The notes beneath the pieces are model-generated. The model was not told the origin of the DNA, ran no database searches, and saw nothing but the letters and a program-made list of their open reading frames with translations. DNA of 52,994 bases from a virus (taxonomy: Duplodnaviria > Caudoviricetes), in the IMG/VR virus record IMGVR_UViG_3300035703_000126, positions 1 to 52,994 of that record; one strand, written 5' to 3'. The position numbers and the translations under genes were made by a program. This document shows, piece by piece, positions 37,401-46,917 of this stretch (the first letter of the stretch is position 1; each line of letters starts with the position of its first letter).

Positions 37401-40400
37401 CTGGCTCCCGCGTCGTCGGCCGTCGAGCCGGAGAAGACGATCGGCCAGCAGGCAGAGCCGGAGTCACAGCCAACTCCGGCAATAAGCTTCGAGCAGTTCG
37501 CCGACGCGATGGAGCGATCTGAACGAGGGGCGAAGCGTGATGGATCACTGGTGTCATTCGGAGACCTCCGGCGAGAAACAGGCCTCAGCAAGCCGGACTT
37601 CGACGCAACCGTCCTGCGATTCAAAGCGGAGGGCAAGCTGAATCTGCACACCGACGACTTCCCCGGCAACAGAACTGCCGAGGAACGTGAGCGGTTCATC
37701 CCAACAAAGACAGAGCGCGGCGACACATACTTTCTTGGCGCGTCAATCAGCGAAACTGCGCGCGACGAACTGGCCAGGCAGCCGGCTGCCACTCCACAGG
37801 CCACACCGGAGGCGACTCCTGCGCCGCCCGCCGAATCGCCGCAGAAACCAGTGAAGCCGCGAACGCCGGGCAAGCCACTCAATCGCACGCAGAAAGATGC
37901 AGCCCTGCGGCATCACTTCACGCCTGGAAAAATTGTCCCGTCATACAGCGGACAGGATCGGGTGATCGCATTCAATCCGGGCGGCCCTGAGTCCACATGG
38001 AGCGTGGACGTGCAGGCTGTTGACGAAAGCGGTACTCCTATCGAGGGCGAGGTTGTTCGACGGCACGGCACGGAGCCGGACGCGAAGACGCTCCTGAAGG
38101 CCTACGATGATCTGGTGGCATCGCAGCAGGCAACCGCCCGGCCGACAGAGCCAGAGGCGAAGCCCGCCAGGAAGAGGAAGGAATCACCAGAGCGGGAACC
38201 ATACCGCAGGACAACTGACGCATCGCCGGAAGGGCGAGCGCTGCTGCGATCACAAACGGAAGCATATCGTGACAGAATCACTGAGCTTGAGCCTCGGCTT
38301 AAAGATGCCAGAAAACGTCTGGCCAACACGCGATCTAACGCACACAAGAAGCGAGGCGAAATTCAGACTGAGATCAACGAGATCGAAAACGAAATAGGCC
38401 GATGGAGACGCATGGAGCAAAAGGCGGCAGACGAGTACCGCCGTGCTGCAATTGAGGACGCGATGGAGGATCCGAAATCAGACCTGCATCGTCAGGCTGG
38501 TCTTCGCGAACTCGCCATGCTCGATTTTCGGGAGGCGGAACGGCGAGGTGCAGATGCCCGCGAGAAACGAGATCGAGGGTCGTATGACGCGGCCATGAAG
38601 CAGATGAGCAGCCTGGAAGACAGAATCCGTGCGATGGATCACGATCTTGAAGCTGGGTTTTCTCAGATCGCCATTGAAAGGCACGGGGATGCTCTGACTC
38701 CAAACGAGATCGCATCAGTCGCATCGCTGTCAAAATATGACTTCAACGTGGATTCGCGAGGCACTCCGGAATCAGTCATCGACAGTCGCGCCGAAGAACA
38801 GATTGCCGGTCGCAAGAACAACGTGAGCCTGGCGGATATCAGCGGGCTTCCTGAGGATGATCGGCAACGGCTGGAAAAGCAGATCGAGGATGACCTGCGA
38901 AAGAAGGAGTGGCACGAAACCGTTACGCGAGTGCGGAATGAGGCGTCTGAGATTGCCAGAACCGCACGAGAGGAATCACAGAAGCGGAAAGCGAAGGAGG
39001 CGCAGGAAGCTGCTGAGGAGAAAAGAAAGTCAGATATTGCAGAGGCCAAAGAGAAGTATGCGCAGCGCAAGTCAAGCTCCACCGAACTGCGATACTGGAA
39101 GCAACTGAAGGAACGTGCCAGCAAGATCAAGACACAGAAGGATGTGTCAGGAAAGTATGGCGACGATGCTGTGAAAGGGGACGCCGTCGGCGAGACCTGG
39201 CTAATTTACGCCGCCGGAAAGGGGGATTACGTCCTGATTCACCGTCCATCCGGCATTGGAGTGACGCACGCCACGAATCCGAGCAACGCTAAACAGCTCA
39301 TTTTGATGCTGGAAGACGCCGGCATTGATATGTCGAAGTACGAAACGGCCGACTCTATCCCGGCAGATGTCGCGAAGCTCGCCGGGCAGATCGTTCGCGC
39401 ATGGGATAATGAGGACTTCCAGCAGATCACCGACGATGGGAAGCGTGGCGATATTTTGTCGCGAGTCCAGAAGCCTGATGTTGGGGTGAAGTTCGATATC
39501 GAAGTCGATGCGGCTGATGTTGAGAGTGCGAAGAAGATTGGAAGTAAATCTGCAGAGCAGCGACTGCGAGAGTTTGTCCGCGAGGTTCCGGAGTTCGGCT
39601 ACAACCCCGTCTTCACGGTGGATGACAACAAAAGACTGGTCTTCAAGGATGGTTTCAAGTTTGCGCTGAACCCGGAATTATTCGGGATCGACGCCGACAT
39701 TCTGGAGCCGGGATTTCGCGTTGCCGTCAATCTGGAAGACATTGGCATCGCGCGGCCGACTGCCGCCGAAGTCGTGAAGGATGTGCTGAGCCGCGAATTC
39801 AAAGTGACCAAGAGCGGTCCATCCGTGTTCGCCGTCAAGCCGCTGGATAAGCCCGATGGTCCGGCTGTCGTGGTTCGACAGGGCAGCGGAGAAGAATGGA
39901 TCGCCGGAACCGGATCGGACGCTCCGCACTACGCACGAGTCGAACAACTCCTGAAGGGCATCCCGTGGCGGGAAAGCGAGCAGGTTGCAAAGAACGACAA
40001 GGCGGCCGACGCCGACGCACAAGAGTCGCTTCCGCCAGTTGTCGCCGCTCCATACAAGGATGACTTCGCAAGGATTCTGCCAGTTTTAGACCGTCAGGTC
40101 AGGGCGGAAATCAGCCCGAATAAACAGAAGACTATTGCCATCAGCCACATGGATGGCGAGCCGCCGGCAATTCAGCGGGCTATTGCAGAACGCCTGCAGC
40201 AAATTGCTCCGGATGCGGTTCGGAGTGCCATCGCTCAGCCAAAGTCTGTTCCGATTGGCATGATGGCTCATTTCAGGGCGGTCACCACTGAGCTTGACTC
40301 TGAACGACCTGGTGGATCATCGGCGGTCGGAATGCCGGCGAAATCATCGAAGCCGGTTCCCGCTGTGCCACGGGACATGCCGCTGTTGTTGCCGCCGGCC

Positions 40401-43400
40401 GGAGACACCGGGAAGCCTGTGGCGATCCGCACCATCATGAATGCTCTGGAGCAGGCGGTATCCCTGCTCGGCAATGAAGTGCCGATTCGCGTCGGAAAAA
40501 TGTCGCAACGAACGGCACTCGGCATCTTCAAGGTTCACGATGAAGTCGCGCGCATCCGAGAAGCCAACGACCTTGAAACGGCCGCTCATGAAATGGGACA
40601 CGCCATCGACAAGTTGATCAATGGCTGGCCTAAGGGTGGACCGTGGAAAACGCCGCGAGTGCAAAAGCTGGTGCAGGATGAACTGACAGCAATCGGCCGA
40701 TCCCTCTACGTCGATACCGCGCCAACCGGAGGATACAAGCGCGAAGGCTGGGCGGAGTTTGCCCGGCTGTGGCTGACTGATCCGGAGTCGGCCGCGAAAT
40801 TTGCCCCACATACGTCGGAGTGGTATCGAGACACATTTGAGAAGGCGTATCCGAAAGCCGCTGCGGCTCTGCGGGAAGTGCAAGGCATGATTACGAAATG
40901 GAGAGAGCAGGGAGCGAAAGCACGACAGAGTACGGCGATCATCGACACCGGCAGTGTTCCGCAGAGAGTTGAGCGCATTAAAAAGTGGGCAAAGCACGCC
41001 GTCAGCATGGAAGCCCATATCGAGATGCTGGAGCCGCTGTGGGGTTTGGCCAGAGAAGCCGAGAAGCGAACTGGCAGGGAGCTGGCTGCGACAGACGATC
41101 CATACGCTATCGCGGATGCCTTGCGGATGGTTCATCATGCGCGAGTCGAGACATGGGTTCGGCACGGCATGACCGACCTGGCCGGAATGCCGACAGGAGT
41201 GAAACCGCTCAGTGACGTCGGAAAGCTGATTCCAGAACAAGAGCGGAACGACTTTGTGCTGTATTTGTGGGCGAGACGGGCACTGGCCTTGATTCTCGAT
41301 CCCCGTGGCCCGCGAAATCCCGGCATGTCGCTCAACGAAGCGGAATACCTCATCGCCGAGCTTGATAACCCGCGATTCCGGGAAGCGGCGCAGATCGTGT
41401 ACGACTGGAATGATGGCGTTCTGGATTACGCGGCTTCTGCCAGTCCAGTGTTCGCTGATGTTGTTCAACGAATCCGTGCGCGTGATCCCGGCGCATACAT
41501 TCCTCTTGCCCGATACTTCCGGGAACTCGATGAGATTTACAGCCGGAGCGGTGGCGGCAACGACATGATGGGCACGTTGATGGGCAAGTTGCGAGGGTCC
41601 GGCCGGGAAATCAAAGACCCGATTCCGCAGATGATCGCCAACGCCACAAAGATGGCGCACGCGGCGCATGACCGCATGATTCTGGACGCGATTCAAAAGC
41701 TGTCCGCGAACGTGCAGGGGCTGGGGAAGTACATCGAGAAAGTGCCGCGCGATAAAGTTCCGGCGGCGGCCGTGTCCGTCGAGGAACTTCTGCGGACACT
41801 GGAAAAGAAACTGTCGGAGCAGGAAATCGACATGACACTGACTCGTTACGACGAGCCAGTTGAGAAAGAAGACCTTCAGGATCTGATTGGCGAGACAGTC
41901 ACGTTCTTTACGACGGCAATCAATCCGTCAGGTCCGTATCCGATCATGCCGATGTATGACGCGACAACGAAGAAGATTGAGTGGTTCTATCTCAACGGCA
42001 ACCTGTATCACGCACTTGGCGCCATCGAGATGGCGGGGCTTCCAATGATTGGAGGGTTCAATCTACTGGCTCCGCTGGCCGCATTGAATCGACTGCGGAA
42101 AGCGGGAACTGTCGGCTTGCGAGCGGCATTCCAGTTGTTCACAAACCCGACTCGCGATCTTCAGACACTGCTTCAGAACACGCAGTCGCGGGCGACTCTA
42201 CCTAAAGTCGCATGGGAGTACGCACGCCAGACTCTAGGTGCCGCATGGAATCTCCTGCCAGGAACCCAGCCGACATCGGCAATGCAGTTCTGGAGAAACG
42301 CGGGCGGGCATGTCGCGCAGATGCTTGGCGAAGATACAGCACGCACACGAGAGTTAGGCAGTGAGGTGTTCGGTAAGAAGTTCAGCCGGCGACTGCTGCC
42401 GTCGAACTGGTGGAGCAACGTCAAAGACGCATACGACATTTACAAGGACATCGTCCAGATTCCGGAAGCAACAGCCCGCGCCACTGAGGTGCAGTTGCTG
42501 ATGGACGAAATGGGCATCAAACCTGGGGACCGCATCACGCTGGAGCAATCCCTGCGGCTGCTGACGGCGGGCAAGAAGGTTACGGTGGACTTCAGCGCCG
42601 CCGGCGAGTTTGCGCGGGTCTGGAATCAGCTCGCTCCGTTTTACAACGTCGCCATTCAGGGACCGCGTTCTATGGTGCGAGCGGCGCAGAAGAACCCGTT
42701 TGTTTTCACCGTGCGACTGGCGCAGGTGGCTGCACTGTCCGCGCTGTTGTGGTGGCGGAATAAGGATGAGGAATGGTATCGCAAGCTGAACACACGGCTG
42801 AAGACGATGTACTGGAGCTTTCGATATGGCGATCAGGTCATACTGCTTCCCAAAGCATTCGAGAACGGTGTCGGAGTGGCCGGCTTTGTTGAGTCCATGC
42901 TGGATCAGCAGTACGGACAGAATCCTGAGGCCGTGACGGAGTGGTTTCACCAGTTTATGGAAACTGCCACCCCGAACTACATACCGGGCGTTGCCGATGA
43001 GGTTCTGGCTCAGGCGATGAATGAAGACCTGTTCTGGAAGACGCCGATTGAGTCGCCGGAATTGCAGCGCATGCCGCGTCATGAGCGATTTAATGAGTAC
43101 ACGTCAGGCGTGGCAAAGTGGCTCGGCAAAACCATGAAGTGGTCGCCAGCTCGCATTGATCACGCTTTGCGCGGCATTGCGGGACCAATGGCTGGAGATG
43201 TGACGAGAACACTTGATGAGATTGTCGGAGTCAGCACGAAGCGAACGAGAGAGTGGGAGCCGGCAGACCTTCCGGTGATCGGTAAGGCGTTTCAACGTGG
43301 CGGAATCCACGGAACCCGCACGGCGAACATTGACAGGCTGTATGAGCGGCGAGCGGAAATGAACCTGCGGTCAAACAGTAAGGAGAACCCGGAAACGCCA

Positions 43401-43796
43401 CAGCAGCGACAGCAACGGCTGATGTTGAATGATGCCGCAGAGGCGGTGTCGGATATCTATCAGGCGCGGCGACAAATGGAAAAGACAGAAGATCGCGGCA
43501 AGGCGACTGATGAAGCGGATCGTATCGCGACTGATGCGCTGAAACGCCTTGAGTCCGGGACGCTGCCGCCGGAGCGCATCGCCATCCTGGTCGAGAACGC
43601 CATCTCTGAGGGGAAGTCCGAGAAGGCTCAGCAGGAGTCCCGCGAGGCACTGCTGATCCTCAAGCAGTCAGGGCTGTCCGCGCGGGAAATCACACAGGCC
43701 TACACGAAGAAGAAGCGAGCGGACAAGGAGCGTGTTCTGCCGTCGAACCTCAACAGGCTGAGGCTGCGGCTGTCGCGAACGAAGGCCGAAGAATGA
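34446..43796 (+). CDS. giant (3116 aa) polyvalent ejection protein with sigma70-r2-like, FtsK-gamma, wHTH, zincin HExxH and LPD38-like domains
   Basis: FSPERGNLRNYARKLAKN; PLYDRAVDF...LQREFGLGY..AA.LIDQM; AAHEMGHAID; C-terminal W..DEEWY...YW...LPK...SPARIDHALRG. Confidence 0.8.
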   Translation: MSRLSLSGLADLYPERQQGQPARDYRMQPQPGGRPLSVGGYDLVSPDMRDTAAQDAAIAEQARRADAQQKELDRLSWWERFKNIGARLGAGMNPDAQVSPAEMPLPDPQAEAARIMEEQRKEQVRKSSPYYQQALIELQAEDRLKRLDAQYQREADERLKGVGLPRIGLRPGQQPPTMGQAMAEEIAQRTREDRARESGYQYETGALAEDPFGRTQMRSGTPGESPQYPLLRDIGMGLRNAGGALGSVALRMFGSDDLANQAQAYIEGQRMRQEQERTGDRFPSMTRAAAGATESAATLLGASAVGGMPAVIATYGAEAFDQGLYDAKQAGLVGNDQLRYAAGEAAIASLVSPIMDRLGMSGVEKAAMAQRVANRTMRNAFGNLAKTEAGEFGQELLELSLSSALQAETGVDPQALELSTFMPRVADTALTTMLTVGAVESPNIAAAVDRFIREPSRKNYAGLPEEIRAPLGDTVKSSADRQRLAEQLIANQTPPQTEPLETARNRSKPEEALQPGVTSPPGPSAGSPQLPMGTPGVQPEDQGVPSQVPVLSPGEEVIVDEERMQRGPEGRQREVVAPPVPDPTEQAGGIPVAAEPAAAPAETAPAQWMLTPEDTAIAERAIRDVIRAGKPRIQDADVDDLTGKVLDVVATQFSPERGNLRNYARKLAKNARTTFMRERQRGPEQMPEGVTDSGAVDPAIEAQINERARAEGIDINVPEVPDVPQVGNAPPQPDPGQAATDMPKIRANNVWVGQSGPVRINSTKGGLVTFKPVGAAGEPQTLPENEFRQQYTPRGATQPPAQPVEPVTTERPLYDRAVDFAVGKGVVSTGMLQREFGLGYTGAAQLIDQMTDSGVIAPSTGAQERKVLLTSAPQAVAPPAQPSVPPTEQPQQAGLQTPSPQPVDTIAGRMDLTEFETKGYAPEQVTRQDWINLQRAERRRLGQPEESGTQYAPFADYEEFHRDAVRQAVARGDEVDPQVLADYPDLAPASSAVEPEKTIGQQAEPESQPTPAISFEQFADAMERSERGAKRDGSLVSFGDLRRETGLSKPDFDATVLRFKAEGKLNLHTDDFPGNRTAEERERFIPTKTERGDTYFLGASISETARDELARQPAATPQATPEATPAPPAESPQKPVKPRTPGKPLNRTQKDAALRHHFTPGKIVPSYSGQDRVIAFNPGGPESTWSVDVQAVDESGTPIEGEVVRRHGTEPDAKTLLKAYDDLVASQQATARPTEPEAKPARKRKESPEREPYRRTTDASPEGRALLRSQTEAYRDRITELEPRLKDARKRLANTRSNAHKKRGEIQTEINEIENEIGRWRRMEQKAADEYRRAAIEDAMEDPKSDLHRQAGLRELAMLDFREAERRGADAREKRDRGSYDAAMKQMSSLEDRIRAMDHDLEAGFSQIAIERHGDALTPNEIASVASLSKYDFNVDSRGTPESVIDSRAEEQIAGRKNNVSLADISGLPEDDRQRLEKQIEDDLRKKEWHETVTRVRNEASEIARTAREESQKRKAKEAQEAAEEKRKSDIAEAKEKYAQRKSSSTELRYWKQLKERASKIKTQKDVSGKYGDDAVKGDAVGETWLIYAAGKGDYVLIHRPSGIGVTHATNPSNAKQLILMLEDAGIDMSKYETADSIPADVAKLAGQIVRAWDNEDFQQITDDGKRGDILSRVQKPDVGVKFDIEVDAADVESAKKIGSKSAEQRLREFVREVPEFGYNPVFTVDDNKRLVFKDGFKFALNPELFGIDADILEPGFRVAVNLEDIGIARPTAAEVVKDVLSREFKVTKSGPSVFAVKPLDKPDGPAVVVRQGSGEEWIAGTGSDAPHYARVEQLLKGIPWRESEQVAKNDKAADADAQESLPPVVAAPYKDDFARILPVLDRQVRAEISPNKQKTIAISHMDGEPPAIQRAIAERLQQIAPDAVRSAIAQPKSVPIGMMAHFRAVTTELDSERPGGSSAVGMPAKSSKPVPAVPRDMPLLLPPAGDTGKPVAIRTIMNALEQAVSLLGNEVPIRVGKMSQRTALGIFKVHDEVARIREANDLETAAHEMGHAIDKLINGWPKGGPWKTPRVQKLVQDELTAIGRSLYVDTAPTGGYKREGWAEFARLWLTDPESAAKFAPHTSEWYRDTFEKAYPKAAAALREVQGMITKWREQGAKARQSTAIIDTGSVPQRVERIKKWAKHAVSMEAHIEMLEPLWGLAREAEKRTGRELAATDDPYAIADALRMVHHARVETWVRHGMTDLAGMPTGVKPLSDVGKLIPEQERNDFVLYLWARRALALILDPRGPRNPGMSLNEAEYLIAELDNPRFREAAQIVYDWNDGVLDYAASASPVFADVVQRIRARDPGAYIPLARYFRELDEIYSRSGGGNDMMGTLMGKLRGSGREIKDPIPQMIANATKMAHAAHDRMILDAIQKLSANVQGLGKYIEKVPRDKVPAAAVSVEELLRTLEKKLSEQEIDMTLTRYDEPVEKEDLQDLIGETVTFFTTAINPSGPYPIMPMYDATTKKIEWFYLNGNLYHALGAIEMAGLPMIGGFNLLAPLAALNRLRKAGTVGLRAAFQLFTNPTRDLQTLLQNTQSRATLPKVAWEYARQTLGAAWNLLPGTQPTSAMQFWRNAGGHVAQMLGEDTARTRELGSEVFGKKFSRRLLPSNWWSNVKDAYDIYKDIVQIPEATARATEVQLLMDEMGIKPGDRITLEQSLRLLTAGKKVTVDFSAAGEFARVWNQLAPFYNVAIQGPRSMVRAAQKNPFVFTVRLAQVAALSALLWWRNKDEEWYRKLNTRLKTMYWSFRYGDQVILLPKAFENGVGVAGFVESMLDQQYGQNPEAVTEWFHQFMETATPNYIPGVADEVLAQAMNEDLFWKTPIESPELQRMPRHERFNEYTSGVAKWLGKTMKWSPARIDHALRGIAGPMAGDVTRTLDEIVGVSTKRTREWEPADLPVIGKAFQRGGIHGTRTANIDRLYERRAEMNLRSNSKENPETPQQRQQRLMLNDAAEAVSDIYQARRQMEKTEDRGKATDEADRIATDALKRLESGTLPPERIAILVENAISEGKSEKAQQESREALLILKQSGLSAREITQAYTKKKRADKERVLPSNLNRLRLRLSRTKAEE
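35941..35970 (+). repeat. 3 x 10-bp tandem repeat CGCT(T/C)GAAAC inside the giant gene
   Basis: cgcttgaaac cgctcgaaac cgctcgaaac. Confidence 0.85.
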
Positions 43797-43840
43797 CAAA
43801 AGCCACCCCGGCTGCTGGCTGTTACAACCGGGGTGGCCTT
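43797..43840 (-). terminator. intrinsic terminator, U-tract on the - strand
   Basis: GCCACCCGG...CCGGGGTGGC followed by TTTTG on -. Confidence 0.55.
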
Positions 43841-43875
43841 CACCACGAAGACGCCACAAGGCGACTGACATACGC

Positions 43876-43904
43876 AGATTGCACGACAAACTCTTTGATG
43901 TCAA
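43876..43904 (-). promoter_or_regulatory. putative sigma70 promoter for a short antisense RNA
   Basis: TTGACA-17 nt-CAATCT on the - strand. Confidence 0.45.
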
Positions 43905-44011
43905 CTCCATCCTGCCTACCATTCACAGCATGGCCCAGCCGAACGACGGGCAGGTCGATTGAGCAGGGGCACTCTAACAGCACATCGAGGTTCTGAAATG
44001 GATGCCGTGAC

Positions 44012-44605
44012 ATGCCGTGGCTCAACTCCGCGTCGCTGGACGTACTCCGATTCTGGATCAGAGAAACGCCGTGCCCGATGCTCGTCGTTGCTCAGGACTC
44101 ACGAATCCTCTGGTGTAACCCTGCCTTCGAGCACCTCTGCGACTACTCACTCGTTGAGTTCACCCGACCAGACGCCCCGGTCAATATCGACTCGCTCATT
44201 ACTGACCGCAGCGATTCTGATGCTTATCGCAGTCTCGTTACAGACTGTCTGTCGGGCTTTCGACCCCACTTCCAGCTCACACTGAGCCTCCGTCGAAAGA
44301 ACGCGGCCAGCGTCACAGCCATCGCGCACTTCCTGCGTGTTCCATCGCAAGGCGACATGCAATACAGCATCGTCACGCTCTACCCACTCGAAAAAGCAGC
44401 CACGGAAGTGTTATCCGAACTACAGGCAATCCGCGCCGCTCTGGACTCTTCTACCGGAGTCCAGTTCAGCAAGCTGGTGGAGTGGGCGGATAAGAATCCC
44501 CGCAAGGCCGCGTTGCTCATTCTCATCGTCTGCGGAGCCATCTTCGGGACCAGTTTCTTCGACATCGCGCAGAGAGCGCTCAGCATTCTGCGCGCTTCCG
44601 AATAA
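44012..44605 (+). CDS. PAS-domain protein with C-terminal transmembrane helix
   Basis: PCPMLVVAQDSRILWCNPAFEHLCDYSLVEF and LRRKNA; TM segment AALLILIVCGAIFG. Confidence 0.75.
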   Translation: MPWLNSASLDVLRFWIRETPCPMLVVAQDSRILWCNPAFEHLCDYSLVEFTRPDAPVNIDSLITDRSDSDAYRSLVTDCLSGFRPHFQLTLSLRRKNAASVTAIAHFLRVPSQGDMQYSIVTLYPLEKAATEVLSELQAIRAALDSSTGVQFSKLVEWADKNPRKAALLILIVCGAIFGTSFFDIAQRALSILRASE

Positions 44606-44701
44606 ATTGAGCCGGTCTGACATTGATCCTCTTTCGCATCGCGATAACCTGCCGATCCTGTATCCGGGGGGATTCAACGCTGAAGGGGAGAGGATCACAT
44701 C

Positions 44702-45457
44702 ATGCCCGACGCGGTCATCTACAGCCGCTTCTCGCCGCGGCCGGAAAAGGCCGGCGATCAGGAACTCAAAGCCCGCGCCGAAGACGCAGCCACGATCCAG
44801 CAGCAGATCGACGCCTGCCGGCGATACTGCGACATGAAGGGCTTCACAGTCACTCAGGTCATTCGCGATCCGGAAACATCAGCCCGGCACACGAAGCTCT
44901 TCGAGCGACCCGGCGGATCAGCACTGCTCGAACTGCCGCCAGGCACGCACATCGTCGCCGCCAAGCTCGACAGGCTCTTCCGTAACACGATCGACGGACT
45001 GTCCTCGATGTCCACGCTGCGGCGGAATGGACTCACGCTGCACCTCGCCGATCAGGGTGGATGCACGATCGACACCAACACCGCCATCGGGGAACTCATC
45101 ACCACGATGCTGCTCAGCGTCGCCGCCTTCGAGCCGCGACAGACAGCCGAACGGGTCAGCAAGGGAATGCGCTACCGCCAGAACACGCTTCGCCAGCGCA
45201 TGTCCGCCAACGTCCCGTTCGGATTCAGGCTCTGCCCGGACACCAATCTACTGATCGACGACGAACACGAACGGCAGCTCATGAAACGCTGCCATGCCCT
45301 TCGCAAGCAGGGCTTCTCCCTTCGGGAGATCATCGCAATCCTCGTCAGGGACGGCGACGAGAAATGCCGCGGGAAACAGTGGCACCCCAACACGATCCAG
45401 CGGCTGATCGAAGCGCACGAGAAGCATCTGGTCCCAGCAGGAGCAGCATCGGCATGA
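44702..45457 (+). CDS. serine recombinase (resolvase family with recombinase-domain tail)
   Basis: YSRFS catalytic Ser, RPG, KLDRLFRN, TAIGEL, ERVSKGM, VPFGF. Confidence 0.9.
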   Translation: MPDAVIYSRFSPRPEKAGDQELKARAEDAATIQQQIDACRRYCDMKGFTVTQVIRDPETSARHTKLFERPGGSALLELPPGTHIVAAKLDRLFRNTIDGLSSMSTLRRNGLTLHLADQGGCTIDTNTAIGELITTMLLSVAAFEPRQTAERVSKGMRYRQNTLRQRMSANVPFGFRLCPDTNLLIDDEHERQLMKRCHALRKQGFSLREIIAILVRDGDEKCRGKQWHPNTIQRLIEAHEKHLVPAGAASA

Positions 45458-45864
45458 ACTACAACGGTATTTTCATTCCCGCGTGTATCGCCATCATCGC
45501 CGCAACGGCAGACGCGGAGGCTCCTCCGCCGCGAGGCATTACAACCACGGCGAAGGTCGTCAGAGTCCTCGACGGGGACACGCTCGATGTCGCGGTCACA
45601 ACGATCGTCCGCGTCAGAATCAAAGACTGCTGGGCGCCGGAGTCTCGCACAAAAGACCTGGCCGAAAAGGCCAGAGGAATCGCCGCGCGAGACAATCTGA
45701 AGTCGCTGCTTCCAGTGGACTCCACAGTCACGATCCACATCCCGACAACAGGCCGGCTGATGGATTCGCTCACACTCGAACGAGTCGTCGCGGATGTCTG
45801 GAAGGACTCTGACAAAGTCGCGGACCTGCAGATTGAAGCAGGACACGCGCGGCCATCGAAGTGA
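45454..45864 (+). CDS. thermonuclease (SNase-like), probably exported
   Basis: VVRVLDGDT, RVRIKDCWAPE and GIAARDNL; hydrophobic N-terminus. Confidence 0.85.
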   Translation: MNYNGIFIPACIAIIAATADAEAPPPRGITTTAKVVRVLDGDTLDVAVTTIVRVRIKDCWAPESRTKDLAEKARGIAARDNLKSLLPVDSTVTIHIPTTGRLMDSLTLERVVADVWKDSDKVADLQIEAGHARPSK

Positions 45865-45899
45865 CCGCTACCAGCGCCTCATTCGCTACGCTCTGAGGC

Positions 45900-45936
45900 A
45901 CGACACAGCCCCTGACGGGGCAGGTCGTTTTGCTTT
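45900..45936 (+). terminator. terminator between convergent operons
   Basis: ACGAC..GCCCC-tgac-GGGGC..GTCGT followed by TTTGCTTT. Confidence 0.5.
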
Positions 45937-46011
45937 GCTCCTGAGGTGGGCGCAGCTCTCGCTTCGACGGTGCGAATTGTCATCACAGGCTGTCATTCGT
46001 CAAGCCCGGAA

Positions 46012-46353
46012 TCATCCCCGCGTCATCTTCAGGAACTCGCCCGCTGAGGCCGGCACGGTGAAGCCGAAGATTTCCTTGAACCGTCGCGCGGACTCCGGAT
46101 CGCTGCCGATGAACTTCAGGATCGCACTCAGCAGCTTCAGCATCTCCAGCCACTTCCCGTTCAGGAACCGCACTCCGCTGCCGAGTGCCAGGCTGCCGGC
46201 CGACAGAGCGGCATACGTTCCGACGTAGGTGGCATACGGTCCGCTCGCCGACACGTTGCCCTCAAGCTGGATATGCGACGCGCCCGCCAGACCGCCGAAC
46301 AACGCCGCCAGAATCTGCAGAATCAGCGGCAACAGTTGAATCAGAAACGCCAT
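46012..46353 (-). CDS. small membrane protein, holin-like
   Basis: Two hydrophobic helices and an amphipathic C-terminus. Confidence 0.5.
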   Translation of the reverse strand: MAFLIQLLPLILQILAALFGGLAGASHIQLEGNVSASGPYATYVGTYAALSAGSLALGSGVRFLNGKWLEMLKLLSAILKFIGSDPESARRFKEIFGFTVPASAGEFLKMTRG

Positions 46354-46377
46354 GACCTGGGACTCCTTGCCCTGTGG

Positions 46378-46917
46378 TTACTTCACCCCGACCTCACGCA
46401 GTGCCTGCTGAGCTGTCGGACCGCCCGACTGCCACATCTGCGGCGCCCACGTTCTTCCGCGATACCGGATCGTCGGATACGACTCCGCCGGCTCACCCTT
46501 CACAACCCGCACCGTGTAGCCCAGCGCTCGGAAATCCGCGACCGCCAGATCGCACGCCAGGCAGCCATCCATCGACAACACCTCGATCACCGGCTTCTCG
46601 AACTCCGACGCCGAACGCAGAGGACGAGGATCGACACGAATCTGCGGCAACTCAGGCATGTTCCCGAAACGGTTTTCGGCAACACCGGAGCACCCACAGC
46701 CAGCCTTCCCGCAGCCGCATTCGCAGGTGTCAGCCGCCGGTGAACCGCCCCCCTCGTTGACGATCCGCCGCGTCTCCTTCACCTCGACCTGCAACTGGAT
46801 CGGGATCACCGTCGCAGCCACCGCGCCACCACCGCCCTCCGGCGGATTCACTCGCGGGATGAACGCCCCGCCGTTACAGCCGGCAAGAGCCAGCACCATC
46901 AGACTGATCCATCGCAT
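46378..46917 (-). CDS. lipoprotein with Cys cluster and thioredoxin/glutaredoxin-like CxxC domain
   Basis: Lipobox LAGC; CECGCGKAGCGC; VLSMDGCLAC...SYPTI. Confidence 0.7.
   Translation of the reverse strand: MRWISLMVLALAGCNGGAFIPRVNPPEGGGGAVAATVIPIQLQVEVKETRRIVNEGGGSPAADTCECGCGKAGCGCSGVAENRFGNMPELPQIRVDPRPLRSASEFEKPVIEVLSMDGCLACDLAVADFRALGYTVRVVKGEPAESYPTIRYRGRTWAPQMWQSGGPTAQQALREVGVK

Noticed and set aside
17736-41696. Long antisense ORFs such as 17736..19016, 22026..23333, 34740..35933 and 40344..41696
   Set aside because: Typical stop-poor shadows of high-GC genes, with no recognisable motifs.
45061-45453. Long N-terminal extension of the nuclease
   Set aside because: It is an off-frame shadow of the recombinase; the ATGA-coupled start at 45454 fits better.
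44702-45457. Recombinase as a tail-fibre invertase (shufflon) or integrase with att sites
   Set aside because: It is far from the fibre gene; I found no flanking inverted repeats, alternative fibre tips or host-phage junction by eye.
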